A DNA stretch of 64,000 nt from assembly GCA_030390025.1 (NCBI GenBank), contig CM059433.1:17486001-17550000 (forward strand), written 5' to 3'. The notes under the pieces were generated by a model that ran no database searches, had not been told where the DNA came from, and was given only the letters and a program-made list of their open reading frames with translations. The translations under genes and the position numbers were made by a program. Below are positions 61,497-64,000 of the stretch, in pieces (positions within the stretch are counted from its first letter, which is position 1; each line of letters starts with the position of its first letter). Origin of the DNA: Squalus acanthias. Taxonomy: Eukaryota.

Positions 61497-61885
61497 ACAT
61501 ACGAACATACGAATTAGGAGCAGGAGTAGGCCACTCGGCCCCTCGAGCCTGCTCCGCCATTCAATAAGATCACGGCTGATCTGATTACTCCACATTCCCG
61601 CCTACCCCCGATAACCTTTCACCCCCTTGCTCACCAAGAATCTATCTACCTCTGCCTTAAAAATATTCAAAGACTCTGCTTCCACCGCCCTCTGAGGAAG
61701 AGAGTTCCAAAGACTCACGACCATCAGTGAGAATTTTTTTTTCCTCATCTCTGTCTTAAATGGGCGACCCCTTATTTTTAAACAGTAACTCCTAGTTCTA
61801 GATTCTCCCACAAGAGGAAACATCCTCTCCACATCCACCCTGTACAGACCCCTCAGGATCTTATGTGTTTTAATCAAGTCACCTC
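61497..61885 (-). mobile_element. CR1 3' fragment
   Basis: RMFPLVGESRTR...SLNIFKAEVDRFL plus tail. Confidence 0.9.
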
Positions 61886-61971
61886 ACATGATGTGTGTAC
61901 TGGGATTGAATAGCTTGTTACTTGCCTTGGACACCTGGCCAAACATGTCTAGATTTTGAGACTATTGTAAC

Positions 61972-63170
61972 AACAAGAACTTGTATGTAATTGGCACCTT
62001 TAATATAGAAAAAATGTCCCAAGGCGTAAAGGCATTAGACAAAAATGGATGCTGAGCCAAAGAAGGGTGACCAAAAGCTTGATCAAAAGAGTGGGTTTTA
62101 AGAATGGTCTTTGAAAGGAGGAGAAGGAGGTGAAGAGACAGAGAGGTGTAGGGAGGGAATTCCAGAACATGGAATCTAGGCGGGCTAAAGGCATGGCCAC
62201 CAATGGTGGGGCAAAGAGGAGGTGGGTTCACAAAAGGCCAGAGTCAGAGGAATGGAGAGTTCAGGTGACGGGAGGGTTGTAGAGCTGGATGAAGTTATAG
62301 AGATAGGGAGGCATGAGCCCATGAAGAGATTTAAACGCAAGGATGAAAATTTTAAATTAGAGACATTGGGGAACCAGGAACCAATATAAGACAGAGATGT
62401 AAGGGGTGACGGGTGAGCTGGACTTGTTGTGGGATAGGATGCGGGCAGCAGAATTTGAGATGAGCTGAAGTTTGCAGAAGGTGGGAGATGTGAGACCATT
62501 AGAATAGCTGAGTCTGGAGGTGACAAAGGCACGGATGAGGGTTTCAACGGCAGATGTGCTGAGGTAGCGGTGGAGGCAGGCATTGTTATGGAGGTAGAAG
62601 TAGGCGCACTTTGTGATGGAGAAGATATGTGGCCTGCTTCTCTGGGTTGAACAGGATGCCAAGGTTGTGAACAGTCTGGTTCAACCTGAGACAAGGGAGT
62701 GCAATTGGTGGCAAGGGTACAGAGTTTGTAACAGGGGCTGATTACAGTGGTTTCAGTCTTCTCAGTGTTTAACTGCAGGAAATAGCGGCTCATCCCACAC
62801 AGAGAGACAGTGAAGCATTCGAGACAGGTGCAGGAGTGGTAGAATTGGGTGTCTTCAGCGTGCATGTGGAAGCCGATCCCATGTCCTGGGATGATGTCAT
62901 CAAGGGGCAGCATGTAGATGAGGAAGAAGAAGGGACCAAAGGTAGATCATTTGGGGGACTCAGGAGGTAACATTGCAGCGGTGGGAAGAGAAGCCATTGC
63001 CGGAGATGGTCTAGCTATGATCGGGTAAATAAGAATGGAATTAAGCGAGGGCAGTTCTGCTGAGCTGGACAAAAGAAGAGAGTTATTGGAGAAGTATGGT
63101 GTGGTCCATCGTGTCAAAAGCTGCAGAGAGTTCAAGGAGGAAAAGGAGGGTTAATGCACTGTGGTCAACA
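61972..63170 (-). mobile_element. L2 LINE, RT to 3' end, decayed
   Basis: HGIGFHMHAEDTQ (YADD-equivalent) and LIRAFVTSRLSYSN, plus an L2 tail. Confidence 0.8.
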
Positions 63171-63179
63171 AATCCATTC

Positions 63180-63962
63180 CCTAGCCATCGACTCCATCCC
63201 TCTCCCTAGCCACTGTCTGAGGCTGAACCAAATTGTTCGGAATCTTGGGGTCCTATTTGACCCTGAGCTGAACTTCTGACCCCATATCCTCTTCATGCCC
63301 AAGACTACCTACTTTCACCTTCGTAATATCGCCTGTCTCCGCCCCTGCCTCAGCTCATCTGCTGCTGAAACCCCTCATCCGTGCCTTTATTTACCTCTAG
63401 ACTCTATTGCTCTCCAGGCTGGCCTCCCACGTCTACCCTCTGTAAACTTGAGCTCATCCAAAACTCTGCTGCCTGTATCCTGACTTGCACCTATGCCCGA
63501 TCACCCATCCACCCCTGTGCTCACTGACCAACATTGGCTCCCGATCCGGCAACACCTCGATTTTAGAATTTAGATCCTTGTGTTCAAATCTCTCCATTGC
63601 CCCGCCCCTCCCTATCTCTATAACCTCCTGCAGCCCTATAACCCTCCGAGATCTCTGCGCTCCTCCAATCCTGGCCTGTTGCACATCCCTGATTTTAAAC
63701 GCTCCACCATTGGTGGCCATGCCATCAACTGCCTATGACCTAAGCTCTGGAATTCTTTCCCTAAAGCTCTCCACCTCTCTAGTTCTCTCGCCTCCTTTAA
63801 GACGCTCCTTAAAACCTACCTCTTTGACCAAGCTTTTGGTCACCCGTCTGAATATCTCCTTATGTGGCTCAGTGCCAAATTTTGTTTGATAATCGCTCCT
63901 GTGAAGCGCCTTGGGACGTTTTACTTCGTTAAAGGCACGATATAAATGCAAGTTGTTGTTGC
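63180..63962 (+). mobile_element. L2 LINE 3' part
   Basis: RNLGVLFDPEL and YFHLRNIA remnants. Tail gtgaagcgccttgggacgtt...atataaatgcaagttgttgttg. Confidence 0.85.
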
Positions 63963-64000
63963 AATAACAGATGGGTTGAGTGTTTTTTTTAAGGAGTGGA

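Noticed and set aside
1..64000. Prokaryotic RT systems (retron, DGR, group II intron)
   Set aside because: All RTs are non-LTR CR1 or L2 type, with APE endonuclease or LINE tails, in a vertebrate repeat landscape.

Overview
Eukaryotic, repeat-dense genomic DNA, most likely from a cartilaginous fish (shark). This is inferred from V-domain and Deu-domain tRNA-SINEs and abundant CR1 LINEs. The only host coding sequence I recognise is a 33-nt, phase-1/phase-1 microexon at 59498-59530 (+) encoding (E)SQCTLCGEPE(E). From memory this matches the N-terminal extension of DLGAP2/SAPAP2, so the window is probably intronic in that gene. The rest is mostly transposable elements. These include CR1 LINEs (one near-intact full-length copy, most bases on the minus strand, several chained head-to-tail), L2 and RTE fragments, many PIF/Harbinger-type elements with 3-bp TSDs, a decayed Harbinger transposase, a hAT-like MITE, LTR-like segments, Penelope-like fragments with hammerhead cores, and a variant-repeat minisatellite. 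Four observations stand out. First, a (T/G)TTAAAC-TAA slippery-site-like motif sits at the ORF1/ORF2 junction of three CR1 copies, and the intact ORF2 has no AUG before its endonuclease motifs. Second, a 102-bp-arm hairpin insertion carries hammerhead cores on both strands. Third, there is a frame-compatible 120-nt candidate cassette exon. Fourth, several CR1 ends look chimeric. All family and gene assignments are by eye and from memory, with no database search.
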